This document shows positions 29,034 through 38,332 of a stretch of DNA of 64,000 nt, one piece after another. Made by a program: the position numbers and the translations under genes. The notes below the pieces were generated by a model. The model made no database searches. It was not told where the DNA came from and was given only the letters and a program-made list of their open reading frames with translations. The DNA is from Candidatus Hydrogenedentota bacterium (GTDB taxonomy: Bacteria > Hydrogenedentota > Hydrogenedentia > Hydrogenedentales > SLHB01): assembly GCA_045863335.1 (NCBI GenBank), contig BTVY01000011.1, forward strand, positions 32,001 through 96,000, read 5' to 3'. The stretch's first letter is position 1, and every line of letters starts with the position of its first letter.

Positions 29034-30020
29034 ATGGGTGCGCAATTGCGTATCGGGTTTATCGGCGCCGGTGGAATCTCGGCGGTTCATTACGAGCGGC
29101 TGCGCGCCGTCAAAGGCGCCGCGGTCGTCGCCCTCACGGAACCCAGCGCGACTTCGTTACAGCGCTTGTTTGCGCGGTTTCCGGAAACGGAGCGGCTGCC
29201 TCGTTACGAAAACTACATCGACATGATCCGGCGTGAGGACCTCGATGGCGTCGTCGTCATGAGCCCCCACACGCTGCATTACGAGCAGATCAGCACGTGC
29301 CTGGGCAAGGGCCTCCACGTGCTCGCGGAAAAGCCGCTGACCTGTACCGTCAAGCACGCGAAAGCCCTGATTCGCAAGGCGGCACAAGTAAACCGCGTGC
29401 TGATGATCGCATACCAGCGGCACTACGACCCCCAGTTCCGCTACATGCGCGAGCAGATCGCCAAGGGCGCGCTCGGCGAGATTCAATTCGTTCAGGCGAT
29501 CCAGTCCCAGGAATGGCTTCGGGTCACCAAAGGCATGTGGCGGCAGACCCTGGCGCTTTCCGGCGGCGGGCAATTAAACGATTCCGGGAGCCACCTCATC
29601 GACATCATCATGTGGGTCACCGGGCTCAACGTTGCCGAGGTTTATGCGAAACAGGAGAACTTCGGCGGCGAGGTCGATATCAATTCGACCCTCTCCATGA
29701 AGTTCCGGAATGGCGCGCTCGGCAGCATGTCGATCATCGGCAACGCCCCCGCCTGGTATGAAGACCACACCATCATCGGCAGCAAAGGCGCGCTATACTT
29801 ACGGCAGGGAATCGGGCTGATCCACCAGGATGAAATGGGTAAACCGGTTCGCGTGAAATTGCCGAAATATACGAAAGACCCTGATTTAAATTTCATCGAT
29901 GTCATACGGGGCAAAGACGTTCCGCAAGCGCCGGCCGAGTGCGGCCTGCGGACCATCGAAGTCACCGAGGCGGCCTGGCGGTCGGCCACTTCTGGAAAAG
30001 CGGTGCCCGCGCCGAAATAG
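29034..30020 (+). CDS. Gfo/Idh/MocA family oxidoreductase
   Basis: IGFIGAGGI, PHTLH, HVLAEKPL, GGGQLNDSGSHLID. Confidence 0.92.
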   Translation: MGAQLRIGFIGAGGISAVHYERLRAVKGAAVVALTEPSATSLQRLFARFPETERLPRYENYIDMIRREDLDGVVVMSPHTLHYEQISTCLGKGLHVLAEKPLTCTVKHAKALIRKAAQVNRVLMIAYQRHYDPQFRYMREQIAKGALGEIQFVQAIQSQEWLRVTKGMWRQTLALSGGGQLNDSGSHLIDIIMWVTGLNVAEVYAKQENFGGEVDINSTLSMKFRNGALGSMSIIGNAPAWYEDHTIIGSKGALYLRQGIGLIHQDEMGKPVRVKLPKYTKDPDLNFIDVIRGKDVPQAPAECGLRTIEVTEAAWRSATSGKAVPAPK

Positions 30021-30089
30021 CGGCTGCGTTCGCGATGTTCTGAGACACGGGGCTGACATGCATTTCCATACTCCGGGAGAAACGTCATC

Positions 30090-32135
30090 GTGACCTTTGC
30101 GCTGATCGCCGGCGCCGTGTATATGGCTTCCCTGTCCGGCGCCGAATCGTACCTCGAAGCCCGCGAGGCCGAGATGCAGGGCCGGTACGCCGATGCCGTC
30201 CGCCACTACGACGCCGTAACCGGGGAAGATGGATTGTTGCGGTCCTACGCGCTGGTGCGCAGGGCGCGCTGCATCGGCCTGGCCGGAGACGATGCAAAAG
30301 CCATCGCCCAGCTCGAACTCTTAGCCACCGACGACACCCTGGGCGCCGCCCAACGCCTGGCCCTTGAAGAACTCGCCATGCGCTATGACCGGATCGGGCG
30401 CCCGGGCGACGCCGCCACGCTGTTGAGAAAGGCGCTGGATGTGCCCGTGTCCGCGCGATACCTGTGGCCCTACCGAATCGCGCTCGTCGACCTGTTGACG
30501 AAGACCGACGCGGGAAAAGCGGAAGGCTACACCCTGTGCGCGACGCTCCTCGCCGAGTCGTGGACCCGCACCCGCCGCCTCGAGGCCGCCGAACGCCTCA
30601 GGAATTCGCCCGATCTCCAGCATGTGCTCGATGCCGCCGACGCGTACCTGTACAGCGGCGAGGACCGCGATGCGCAGAACGTCCTGCTCGCCGCGGCGCC
30701 GAGGTTGTTACTTGCCGGCAGCGCCCACCGGCCCCAGAGCCTTTACCTTCAAGGCCGGCTCCAACTGGGAGGGAAGGATGGCAGCGGTCGGATCATCCTC
30801 CGTGAGGTTGCCGAGAACTATCCCGAATCGACGTGGGCGGCCGCGGCCTTGCACTACCTGGGTCGGGATTTGTATGGCGCCGGCCAGCACGACGCAGCCA
30901 AATCGGCCTTCGACCGGCTCGCCGAACACTATCCCGGCAGCGACGACACGGCGCGCGCCCTTTGGTGGTACGGCGAAAAGCTGGCGTCTTCGGGTTCGGA
31001 AATGGCGGCCGTGGCCGTCTACCAACAGCTCGCGCGGGCCTGTCCCGAGCATCGGCTCGCCGACGACGCCTGGATCGAGTCCGGGCGGCTCCTGCGAGGC
31101 CAGAAAAAGCCGGCGGAGGCGATCGAGGCCTACCAGGCGCTCGCCACGCACCATCCCAACAGCGCGATGGCGGCGGAGGCCCTGTTTGAAAGCGGGCGCC
31201 TTAAAGAATCCGGGGGCGATACGGAAGGCGCGGTCGCGGACTACGGCAAGGCCGCCCGGCTGGTCGGCCAGTTCTACGCCCATCGCGCGGTAGAGCGCCT
31301 TCATGAACTCGGCAAAGTCGCGGCCCCCGACCTGAAGGCCGCCGGAACCGCTTCCTTCGTCCGGCCCGTACCCCTGGGGTTGTTACCGGAGACCGAGTTC
31401 CCGCAATCGATCCTCCAAAGCGCCTGGTATCAGCGGCTGACTTTCTTTGCTAGTCACGGGTTGGAAGAGGCCGAGTGGGAGGCCCTGCACCTGGTCCCCG
31501 CCATCCTGGCCGCGGACGACGCCGGCGTGTACTACCGCGTCTTGTCCGACGCGGGGTTGACGGCCATGGCCGCCGAGTTTGCCGAGGCGACGGGTTGGGG
31601 GCTGAAAGACGGGGCGCCGACCCTGGAGCGGTTGCGCGTGCTTTACCCCCGCGCCTACTGGGGCGACGTCCAACGCATGGCAAGAGAAACAGGCCTCGAT
31701 CCGTATCTGATTCTCGCCGTGGGAAGGCAGGAGAGCATCTTCCAATCCCGCGTGGTATCGTCCGCGGGCGCGACCGGCGTGATGCAGCTCATGCCCGCGA
31801 CGGCCAAATGGCTTGCAAGTATCGAGCCTGCAGTTAGTAACGACCACGTGGACAACCTGACCCACCCCGAGAACTCGCTGCGGCTGGGCGCCTACTACCT
31901 CATCCGCATGGTGGAGCGCAACGACTCGAATCTGGTATTTGCGTTGGCCTCCTACAACGCGGGTCCGGGGAACGTGTCGAAATGGAAACGGCAGATTCCT
32001 ACGAGTGATATGGAAGCCTTCGTGGAGGCTATTCCGTTCACCGAAACCCGGGGTTTTGTCAAGAAAGTCCTGGGCAACTACGCGGCCTATCACTCCATCT
32101 ATCCCGAGCCCAGCCGCGTGGCGTTGGCCCAATAG
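30090..32135 (+). CDS. TPR-containing soluble lytic transglycosylase (Slt-like)
   Basis: TPR/BamD-like repeats, then SLT motifs RQESIF, SSAGATGVMQLMPATA, LASYNAGPG, IPFTETRGFVKKV. Confidence 0.9.
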   Translation: MTFALIAGAVYMASLSGAESYLEAREAEMQGRYADAVRHYDAVTGEDGLLRSYALVRRARCIGLAGDDAKAIAQLELLATDDTLGAAQRLALEELAMRYDRIGRPGDAATLLRKALDVPVSARYLWPYRIALVDLLTKTDAGKAEGYTLCATLLAESWTRTRRLEAAERLRNSPDLQHVLDAADAYLYSGEDRDAQNVLLAAAPRLLLAGSAHRPQSLYLQGRLQLGGKDGSGRIILREVAENYPESTWAAAALHYLGRDLYGAGQHDAAKSAFDRLAEHYPGSDDTARALWWYGEKLASSGSEMAAVAVYQQLARACPEHRLADDAWIESGRLLRGQKKPAEAIEAYQALATHHPNSAMAAEALFESGRLKESGGDTEGAVADYGKAARLVGQFYAHRAVERLHELGKVAAPDLKAAGTASFVRPVPLGLLPETEFPQSILQSAWYQRLTFFASHGLEEAEWEALHLVPAILAADDAGVYYRVLSDAGLTAMAAEFAEATGWGLKDGAPTLERLRVLYPRAYWGDVQRMARETGLDPYLILAVGRQESIFQSRVVSSAGATGVMQLMPATAKWLASIEPAVSNDHVDNLTHPENSLRLGAYYLIRMVERNDSNLVFALASYNAGPGNVSKWKRQIPTSDMEAFVEAIPFTETRGFVKKVLGNYAAYHSIYPEPSRVALAQ

Positions 32136-32313
32136 CCCCCGATGCACAGGTATTTGGGGAATCCCTACAGAAAAGCCGGTCCATAACCGATAAGAGGATA
32201 GGCCGTTCGGGTCCGGTAAATTGTTTGCAAAATTTAGGAATAGTGCATCCCTGTGAAATGCGGGATAGATGCTTAACCTTCTGCGGTCGTGGGAATTGCG
32301 CAATCCTTGTTTG

Positions 32314-32344
32314 TTGACACAAATCCCGTTGTGTGCTATACATT
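32314..32344 (+). promoter_or_regulatory. Sigma70-type promoter of the large exported-protein genes
   Basis: Perfect TTGACA (32314-32319) followed 17-19 bp later by a -10 hexamer within TGCTATACATT. Confidence 0.6.
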
Positions 32345-32607
32345 GTGTGACATCTTCCGGGCCGCGCGGTACCAGTAGAGGCGCTGCCTTCTGTGGTTAT
32401 TGAGGGTCCAAGGGGGCCAAGGCGCAGAAACGAACAGCAAGGTCTAGTGTGTCTTGGTGCTCTTTTGAAAGAGGTAGGAACAGCACGGTTCGCGGCGGTG
32501 CGGGGTTGTCGCGGGCTCTTGCCGAAAACTATGAGCAAAACGTATTCTCAGGCTCCTGACGAAACAACGTGCAGGGGCCGTTTTGCTTTTCGGTGGAGGA
32601 AACACAA

Positions 32608-35600
32608 GTGAAGAACTCAAGCGCCGGATTCCGAATTGTCACGTTTGCGGCCGCGGTCATGCTATTGGCCGTCTTCGTCCCCACCGCAACCGCCCAGAAC
32701 GTCAACGTTGCCGTAACGAAAGACAGTACGGAGCCGCAATACATCCCCGGGTCCCTGATTACGTACACCATTGTCGTCTCGAACGCCGGGCCGGATGCCG
32801 CGAACGGCGTTGCGATCATGGACCAATTCCCCAATGAAGTTTTCGTTTTCAATATCGACGTCACCTTAGCGGGTGGAGCGGTGCGAACTCAGATTAATGG
32901 GGATTTGACCCAGATCGACGACGTCGCCGACATGCCCGCGGGAAGTTCGATCACGTATACCGTTGAAGGCCAGGTTGGAAACGAAGGGGTTACTTTTAAC
33001 GTTGATGACCTGTTGCCGGATACAGCGGCCCTGCTCCCCCTCAACGATTGGGCCCCTCTGTTTATCTTCACCATGGAAGCAGGGGAAGCTCCCGAGGAAG
33101 GGACGCCCATCGAGAATACGGTCGACGTCACGCCCCCGCAAGGTTCAACCGATGCCAGCGCGAACGACGACAGCAGCACCGAAACCGACCTTATTCCAGC
33201 GACTGGCGAAGAACGTGAATTGGAGTCGTTGGTATTTCGAATCAAACCGGACCCCATCCCTGCGTCGGACCGCAGTTACAATACCAGTGGCTTGATTCAG
33301 CCCAGCGACATTCTCGAATACGCGGTCTTTGTCGACGGAAATGTCGATCCTGACGATCGCGGCACCTTCGACAGCGAGGACTTCCTCGTGGTCGGACGGT
33401 CCGGCACGGCCTATGCCGGGCTGCCGCTCATTTTCGACGTGGACGGCATCCACACGGGAACCGGCCTTCCTTTGGACAACGACGGGCCGGGGAATCTCCA
33501 ATACGATATGGATTTCAGCGACTTCGAGATTAACGTGTCGTCCTCGGAAGACCCGATCAACTACATTCTCGTGGTTCGGACCACGGCGACTTGGCGCAAT
33601 CTTCTCACGCTGGCCTACGACGTCACCGACGCCCTGATGGTCCTGCCGAACGGCCTTCCGCCCGCCGGCAGTGATGGCAACCCTGACACCTACAATCCGC
33701 TGGACGAAGATCCGCTGGATCCCGAAACAGCCTATTCATCGGCCTTCAGCGTGTGGGATCGCACCAGCGGCCCAGGCACCAATGCTGCCAATGATCCCGA
33801 GTTTGCGAACGCGTGGGCGCACCCGCGCCGGATGTACACGCCCCTTGCCGAGTACCGCCGTCCGCGTTTCGACGCCATCGGTACGGCCTTCGACCTCGTT
33901 ACGGGCGAGTTCCTGGAACTCCGTCAACTAATGCCCTTGGATAACTGGACCGTGCTCATGGGCATCGATTTGCACGGCGTGGCGGACCGGTTCGGCCCCG
34001 CAATATTGAAGGAGGTCAATGTAATCCTGACGGACATCGGGGCGAACCCCGTCGCACCGGCCGGCAACGGCGGCTTCAATCCGACTAACGGGTTGGAGAC
34101 GTTAACCAGTGCTGTCGACAGTTTGGGCGGCGGCAATTTCGATCCGGATACTTCGATTCGCCGGGACTTCGGTTTCAATGGTCTGTGGGTATTTGCGGAT
34201 ACGAACGGAAATGCCGTGTTCGATGCGCCAACGCCCCTAGCCGGTGGCGGGGTTCAGTATAACGGCGACTATCCCATGTGGCCGGAATTCTACTACTTTA
34301 ATGACTCGGGGTCGCCGGACGATCAGAACAATGGACTTCCCCGGTGGGAATATCTGGCTAATCCTCCCGGAGGCGGCGATCCCTGGTGGAAACTACGCAT
34401 GCGGTTCGATATTGACGGCCGGAGGCGAGACCTGGCCGCGACACCGGCTGACGAGAACGACGCCGGCTGGTTGGCCCCGACCCCTGACGGCAACAGGAGC
34501 AGTTTCTTTACCGGGTTTTACAGTGACTACTTCGTTGTCGTGCGGCCCGATAGTGGTTACGCGGACCAGCAGGCCTTGGGCGGCGACGGCGTCGGCATGA
34601 CGATTGGCGCCGACTTCCGGGCCTTCATCGAGCCGCGGCGGTTCAATCCCAACTCTGCCTTTGGCGGAGCCCCGGGCGGACAGTGGGACGGCGGGATATT
34701 TGTGTCATCCCAAATTCCGAGTGACAGCTCTATTCGTGAAGGCAACTATCAGACTACCGCATGGCAGGAAGACCCGCGCTGGGGCGTGTCGGAGCCGTGG
34801 TGGCCGCAGAGGACCTTGAACGAGACCAACGCCAAGCCGGTCCGTACGGGCGCCGAAATCCATGACCTTGTCATCACGTACGAAACCAATAACCTGTACA
34901 GCCAAATCACCAATGTCAACTATGCATCTGGACTCCTCCCCGAGGGTGGCGGAGTCGGCGGGTCAATCACGAATTTCGATCTCTGGCTTGACCCCTTCGG
35001 CTTGCGGGCGTCCACTTTCCAGAATTTCCATTCGGTCGGCGTAGGTGCGTGGCGGAACTTCATCAACGGCAACCCATCCGCCGATGACCACATTTTCAAC
35101 GTGGTTCATTACCCTTACGAAACAGTGCCATTCTTCCTGGCAGAACACGATTTGCCGCCCTTCGGGCCGCGGTCGGCGTTCCTGCCGATCCCCGCGACGG
35201 CGACAACGTTGCCGGACTACTTCACGTGGCCGGCCTCGCTTCAGCCGGGCGAATATCCGAGGGAATCCCAATGGCCCTTGGCGCAGCGGGCATCACGGTA
35301 TCTGAAGCAGCACATTGAACCCCAGAGCACGGCCACGGCCATGCTCGGGATTAACCTCGTGGGTGCGGACGATCCGACTGTCAACGCGATTCAGCAGATC
35401 AAACTCCAGCAGATTACGGTGGCATTCTGGGGTCCCAACTTCGATCCCGCCGTCGATCTGCTTGCGCTCGATCCCTTGGGGACATCGTCCACGTCGGGCG
35501 TCATGCTCGTGGAAGATATCTCCGGAGATGGCGTATTTGGAGCACAGATCACGCCCGTCGACGCCTTGAACATCGACGCGCCCGTTCAACTGACCAACCT

Positions 35601-38223
35601 GGCCTGGCGCACCGCTCCGGAACTGGTTGACTTGACCGGAGACGGCGTAGCCGACGACCTGAGCGGCGACGGCGTGGTAACCGATTTCGACAAGGCTTGG
35701 GTGCTTCGCATGCGGCCTGTCTCGCCGTGGCCTTTGCCCGTGCGCGACGCGCCGGGAGGGAACTTCCCCGGAACCACGGACACTGGAGGCGGTGGCACCG
35801 GCGGCGGTGGCGGCGGTGGTGACGATGATGACGACGATGAAGAATTCCTTAAGAGTAATTTGGCTGCCGATCCCGGCAAGGGCTATTGGGCCAAAGAGCC
35901 GGTTACCTTGACGGAATCCGAAGCCTTGTCGGCGCTGGCGTCAGAAATGGCCGTATCCACCAAAGCGACCAAGGCGATCGGACCGGAAGGCAATCCGGGT
36001 GACGACCTGTTCCTTGTGGTCCGGACATCGGATAAGATCTCGCGCTTCGAGCAGTTCCGCGCGGTCGTGCCATCTACGTTGCCGGAACGTACGCTGCCCA
36101 CAGACCGGGTGGCGGGAATCCAGCTCGAACCTCAGACGCCGATCAGTCAGAGCATCTACCAGAAGTCGCAGCCGGAAGAAAACGCGGTTCAACCGTACTA
36201 CGGTCCGGCCCTTCCGACCTATGCCCCCGCCACGCCATGGCTGAGTTACGATTTCGGCTACGACATGATCGAAGCCAACATCGCCACCAAGCTGGTCGAC
36301 CTGACCGGAACGGGCCAGATCATTTCCAAGAACAGCGGCGACGTGGCCGTATTGGGCATTGACCTAAGCACAAACCGTGGCACGTCCGTAGGCACGGTGG
36401 CCTCCGGATCCACGGGGGTCGGTTCTCCGGCGGAATTCACCGTGGCCGGCGCAGGGTGGACGCCCGGCGCGTTTACCGGCTACTTCCTCGTCGACAAGAA
36501 CTACCAGTCCTTCCGGATTACGGGGAACAACGCCAACCGGCTGTTCCTTCAGGCGAGTGCGAATGCCGCCGGCACGCCCGCATCGGGCGCGTGGCGCGTC
36601 GTGCGCGATCCGAGTTTCCTGGAACAGGTCATCATCGAGTTCTACGACGTCGGCCGGGATGGTGCCTTCAATATCCTCGATGACCTTCTTCCGTTGGACA
36701 TCAATCCGAACCTGAGCGGCGTCAAACTCTACCGCGACAACGACAACGACCCCGCGAACGAGAACGGCGTATTCGACAGCGCGGACATCCCCGTCCCGCT
36801 TGATTACGCGCCGTTCCAAATCGGTCAGGCGGGCGAACCCAGCACGCAGGTGATGATGGTCTTCTCCTCGCCGGGTACGGACAACATCCCGGTGGCCATC
36901 GCGAACCAGAAACGCCATCGCCAATGGATCTACGATACCTTTGGCACCGCGTCGTCTGATCCGGCCGCGGGCTCCGACTTCTTCGTGGTAATCAGCACTT
37001 CCGACGGTCTCCAGGTCGGCGACGACTTCCGCGTCGGTCTGGTGTCCTGGGGTCCCAATACCCCGACGGAACCCGATCCCGACACCTTCCCGCCGCCTCC
37101 GGCGAGCCGGGTCGGCGAGTTCGACGTGTTCAGCGAATTCCCGTGGGGCGCGCGCGCGCTCGGGTTCATCACCTTCTTCACGGATCAGCCGTACTACAAG
37201 CAATTTCCGGAAGAAGACAATTCGGGATTCGACTGGGTGCGTTCGACGGCAAACCGCAACACCCAGACGCGCACGATAACGGGTGCGGAAGACGTGGTGC
37301 AGGGTGACGATGTCGCCATTACCAACGTCTTGCCGAGCCAGTTGCCGAAGGTTGTCGGCGGTGGCGGACTGACCTTGTCCATCACGGGACAGAACTTCGG
37401 TACTTCCCCGATTGTCACGCTGGATGGCGTCGCGTTGACGGTGGTGTCGGCGACGAATACCCAGATTCTCGCGACGATCCCGGGTGGCATCACGCTGGAT
37501 TCGGACAACAACAATGTGGTCACGCTGAAGGTTACGAACTCGACCTCCGGTCAGTTCGATACCTACAACGGCTTCACCGTTGTTCCCGGCAGCGGCGGCA
37601 ACGCCCCGACCATTACTTCGATTAACCCGAGTTCCGGCGGGCAAACGGCTTTCCCCGTGACGATCACCGGCACCAACTTCGACGATCCCAAGGTGTTCTT
37701 CGGCGGCACCGTCATGCCGATCAACTCGTGGACGCCGACCAGTATCGTGGTCGGGTTCCCGGTTGGCGGGCTTCCGGTCACGGGACCGCTCGACGTTACC
37801 GTCCAGAATCAGGGAACCGGCCTGTTCGCTGTAGCGCCGGATGGGTTCAACTACATCAACAACCCCGGCGGTGGCGGCGGCGGCGGCGGTTTCCAGGGCG
37901 GCGGTGGCTTGCCCACCTGCTTCATCGCGACCGCAGCCTACGGGTCTCCGTTGGCCGGCAAGCTGGACACCTTCCGTGAATTCCGCGACGCGGTGCTTCT
38001 CAAGACGGCCGTCGGCGCGGCGCTGGTCGACCTGTATTACACGGTCAGCCCGCCCCTAGCCGACTACATTGCGGCCCACCCGGCGATTGCTGCCGCCGTG
38101 CGGCTGGCTCTGACACCGGTGGCGTGGAGCCTCGCGTCTCCGGTACTCGCGCTTACCACCTTCCTCCTGCTGTTGGCCGGCGCCTGGACCGCCCGCCGGC
38201 GCTGGAGTGCGGTGCGCGCATAA
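32608..38223 (+). CDS. About 1870-aa exported surface protein: DUF11-like domain, repeated Ca-binding beta modules, two IPT/TIG domains, C-terminal CFI-box module with TM
   Basis: GGAGG + GTG 32608; signal peptide ending ATA|Q; ITYTIVVSNAGPDAA (DUF11-like); IPT/TIG (ITGQNFG, PTITSINPSSG..ITGTNF); GGGG-CFIATAAYGS...FREFRD...LYYTVSPPLA, then a TM and RRR. Confidence 0.85.
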   Translation: MKNSSAGFRIVTFAAAVMLLAVFVPTATAQNVNVAVTKDSTEPQYIPGSLITYTIVVSNAGPDAANGVAIMDQFPNEVFVFNIDVTLAGGAVRTQINGDLTQIDDVADMPAGSSITYTVEGQVGNEGVTFNVDDLLPDTAALLPLNDWAPLFIFTMEAGEAPEEGTPIENTVDVTPPQGSTDASANDDSSTETDLIPATGEERELESLVFRIKPDPIPASDRSYNTSGLIQPSDILEYAVFVDGNVDPDDRGTFDSEDFLVVGRSGTAYAGLPLIFDVDGIHTGTGLPLDNDGPGNLQYDMDFSDFEINVSSSEDPINYILVVRTTATWRNLLTLAYDVTDALMVLPNGLPPAGSDGNPDTYNPLDEDPLDPETAYSSAFSVWDRTSGPGTNAANDPEFANAWAHPRRMYTPLAEYRRPRFDAIGTAFDLVTGEFLELRQLMPLDNWTVLMGIDLHGVADRFGPAILKEVNVILTDIGANPVAPAGNGGFNPTNGLETLTSAVDSLGGGNFDPDTSIRRDFGFNGLWVFADTNGNAVFDAPTPLAGGGVQYNGDYPMWPEFYYFNDSGSPDDQNNGLPRWEYLANPPGGGDPWWKLRMRFDIDGRRRDLAATPADENDAGWLAPTPDGNRSSFFTGFYSDYFVVVRPDSGYADQQALGGDGVGMTIGADFRAFIEPRRFNPNSAFGGAPGGQWDGGIFVSSQIPSDSSIREGNYQTTAWQEDPRWGVSEPWWPQRTLNETNAKPVRTGAEIHDLVITYETNNLYSQITNVNYASGLLPEGGGVGGSITNFDLWLDPFGLRASTFQNFHSVGVGAWRNFINGNPSADDHIFNVVHYPYETVPFFLAEHDLPPFGPRSAFLPIPATATTLPDYFTWPASLQPGEYPRESQWPLAQRASRYLKQHIEPQSTATAMLGINLVGADDPTVNAIQQIKLQQITVAFWGPNFDPAVDLLALDPLGTSSTSGVMLVEDISGDGVFGAQITPVDALNIDAPVQLTNLAWRTAPELVDLTGDGVADDLSGDGVVTDFDKAWVLRMRPVSPWPLPVRDAPGGNFPGTTDTGGGGTGGGGGGGDDDDDDEEFLKSNLAADPGKGYWAKEPVTLTESEALSALASEMAVSTKATKAIGPEGNPGDDLFLVVRTSDKISRFEQFRAVVPSTLPERTLPTDRVAGIQLEPQTPISQSIYQKSQPEENAVQPYYGPALPTYAPATPWLSYDFGYDMIEANIATKLVDLTGTGQIISKNSGDVAVLGIDLSTNRGTSVGTVASGSTGVGSPAEFTVAGAGWTPGAFTGYFLVDKNYQSFRITGNNANRLFLQASANAAGTPASGAWRVVRDPSFLEQVIIEFYDVGRDGAFNILDDLLPLDINPNLSGVKLYRDNDNDPANENGVFDSADIPVPLDYAPFQIGQAGEPSTQVMMVFSSPGTDNIPVAIANQKRHRQWIYDTFGTASSDPAAGSDFFVVISTSDGLQVGDDFRVGLVSWGPNTPTEPDPDTFPPPPASRVGEFDVFSEFPWGARALGFITFFTDQPYYKQFPEEDNSGFDWVRSTANRNTQTRTITGAEDVVQGDDVAITNVLPSQLPKVVGGGGLTLSITGQNFGTSPIVTLDGVALTVVSATNTQILATIPGGITLDSDNNNVVTLKVTNSTSGQFDTYNGFTVVPGSGGNAPTITSINPSSGGQTAFPVTITGTNFDDPKVFFGGTVMPINSWTPTSIVVGFPVGGLPVTGPLDVTVQNQGTGLFAVAPDGFNYINNPGGGGGGGGFQGGGGLPTCFIATAAYGSPLAGKLDTFREFRDAVLLKTAVGAALVDLYYTVSPPLADYIAAHPAIAAAVRLALTPVAWSLASPVLALTTFLLLLAGAWTARRRWSAVRA

Positions 38224-38234
38224 GAACTATCGGC

Positions 38235-38262
38235 GCCCTGGAGGCTTGCGAGCCTCCAGGGC
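38235..38262. other. Perfect intergenic hairpin without a U tract
   Basis: GCCCTGGAGGCT-TGCG-AGCCTCCAGGGC, 12-bp stem; a second small hairpin CCCGTT/AACGGG at 38265-38288. Confidence 0.6.
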
Positions 38263-38332
38263 AACCCGTTACAGTGATTCCCAACGGGCGCCTGTGTGGG
38301 GGCGGTCCCGGCAAGAGAAAGGACAGTACCCG

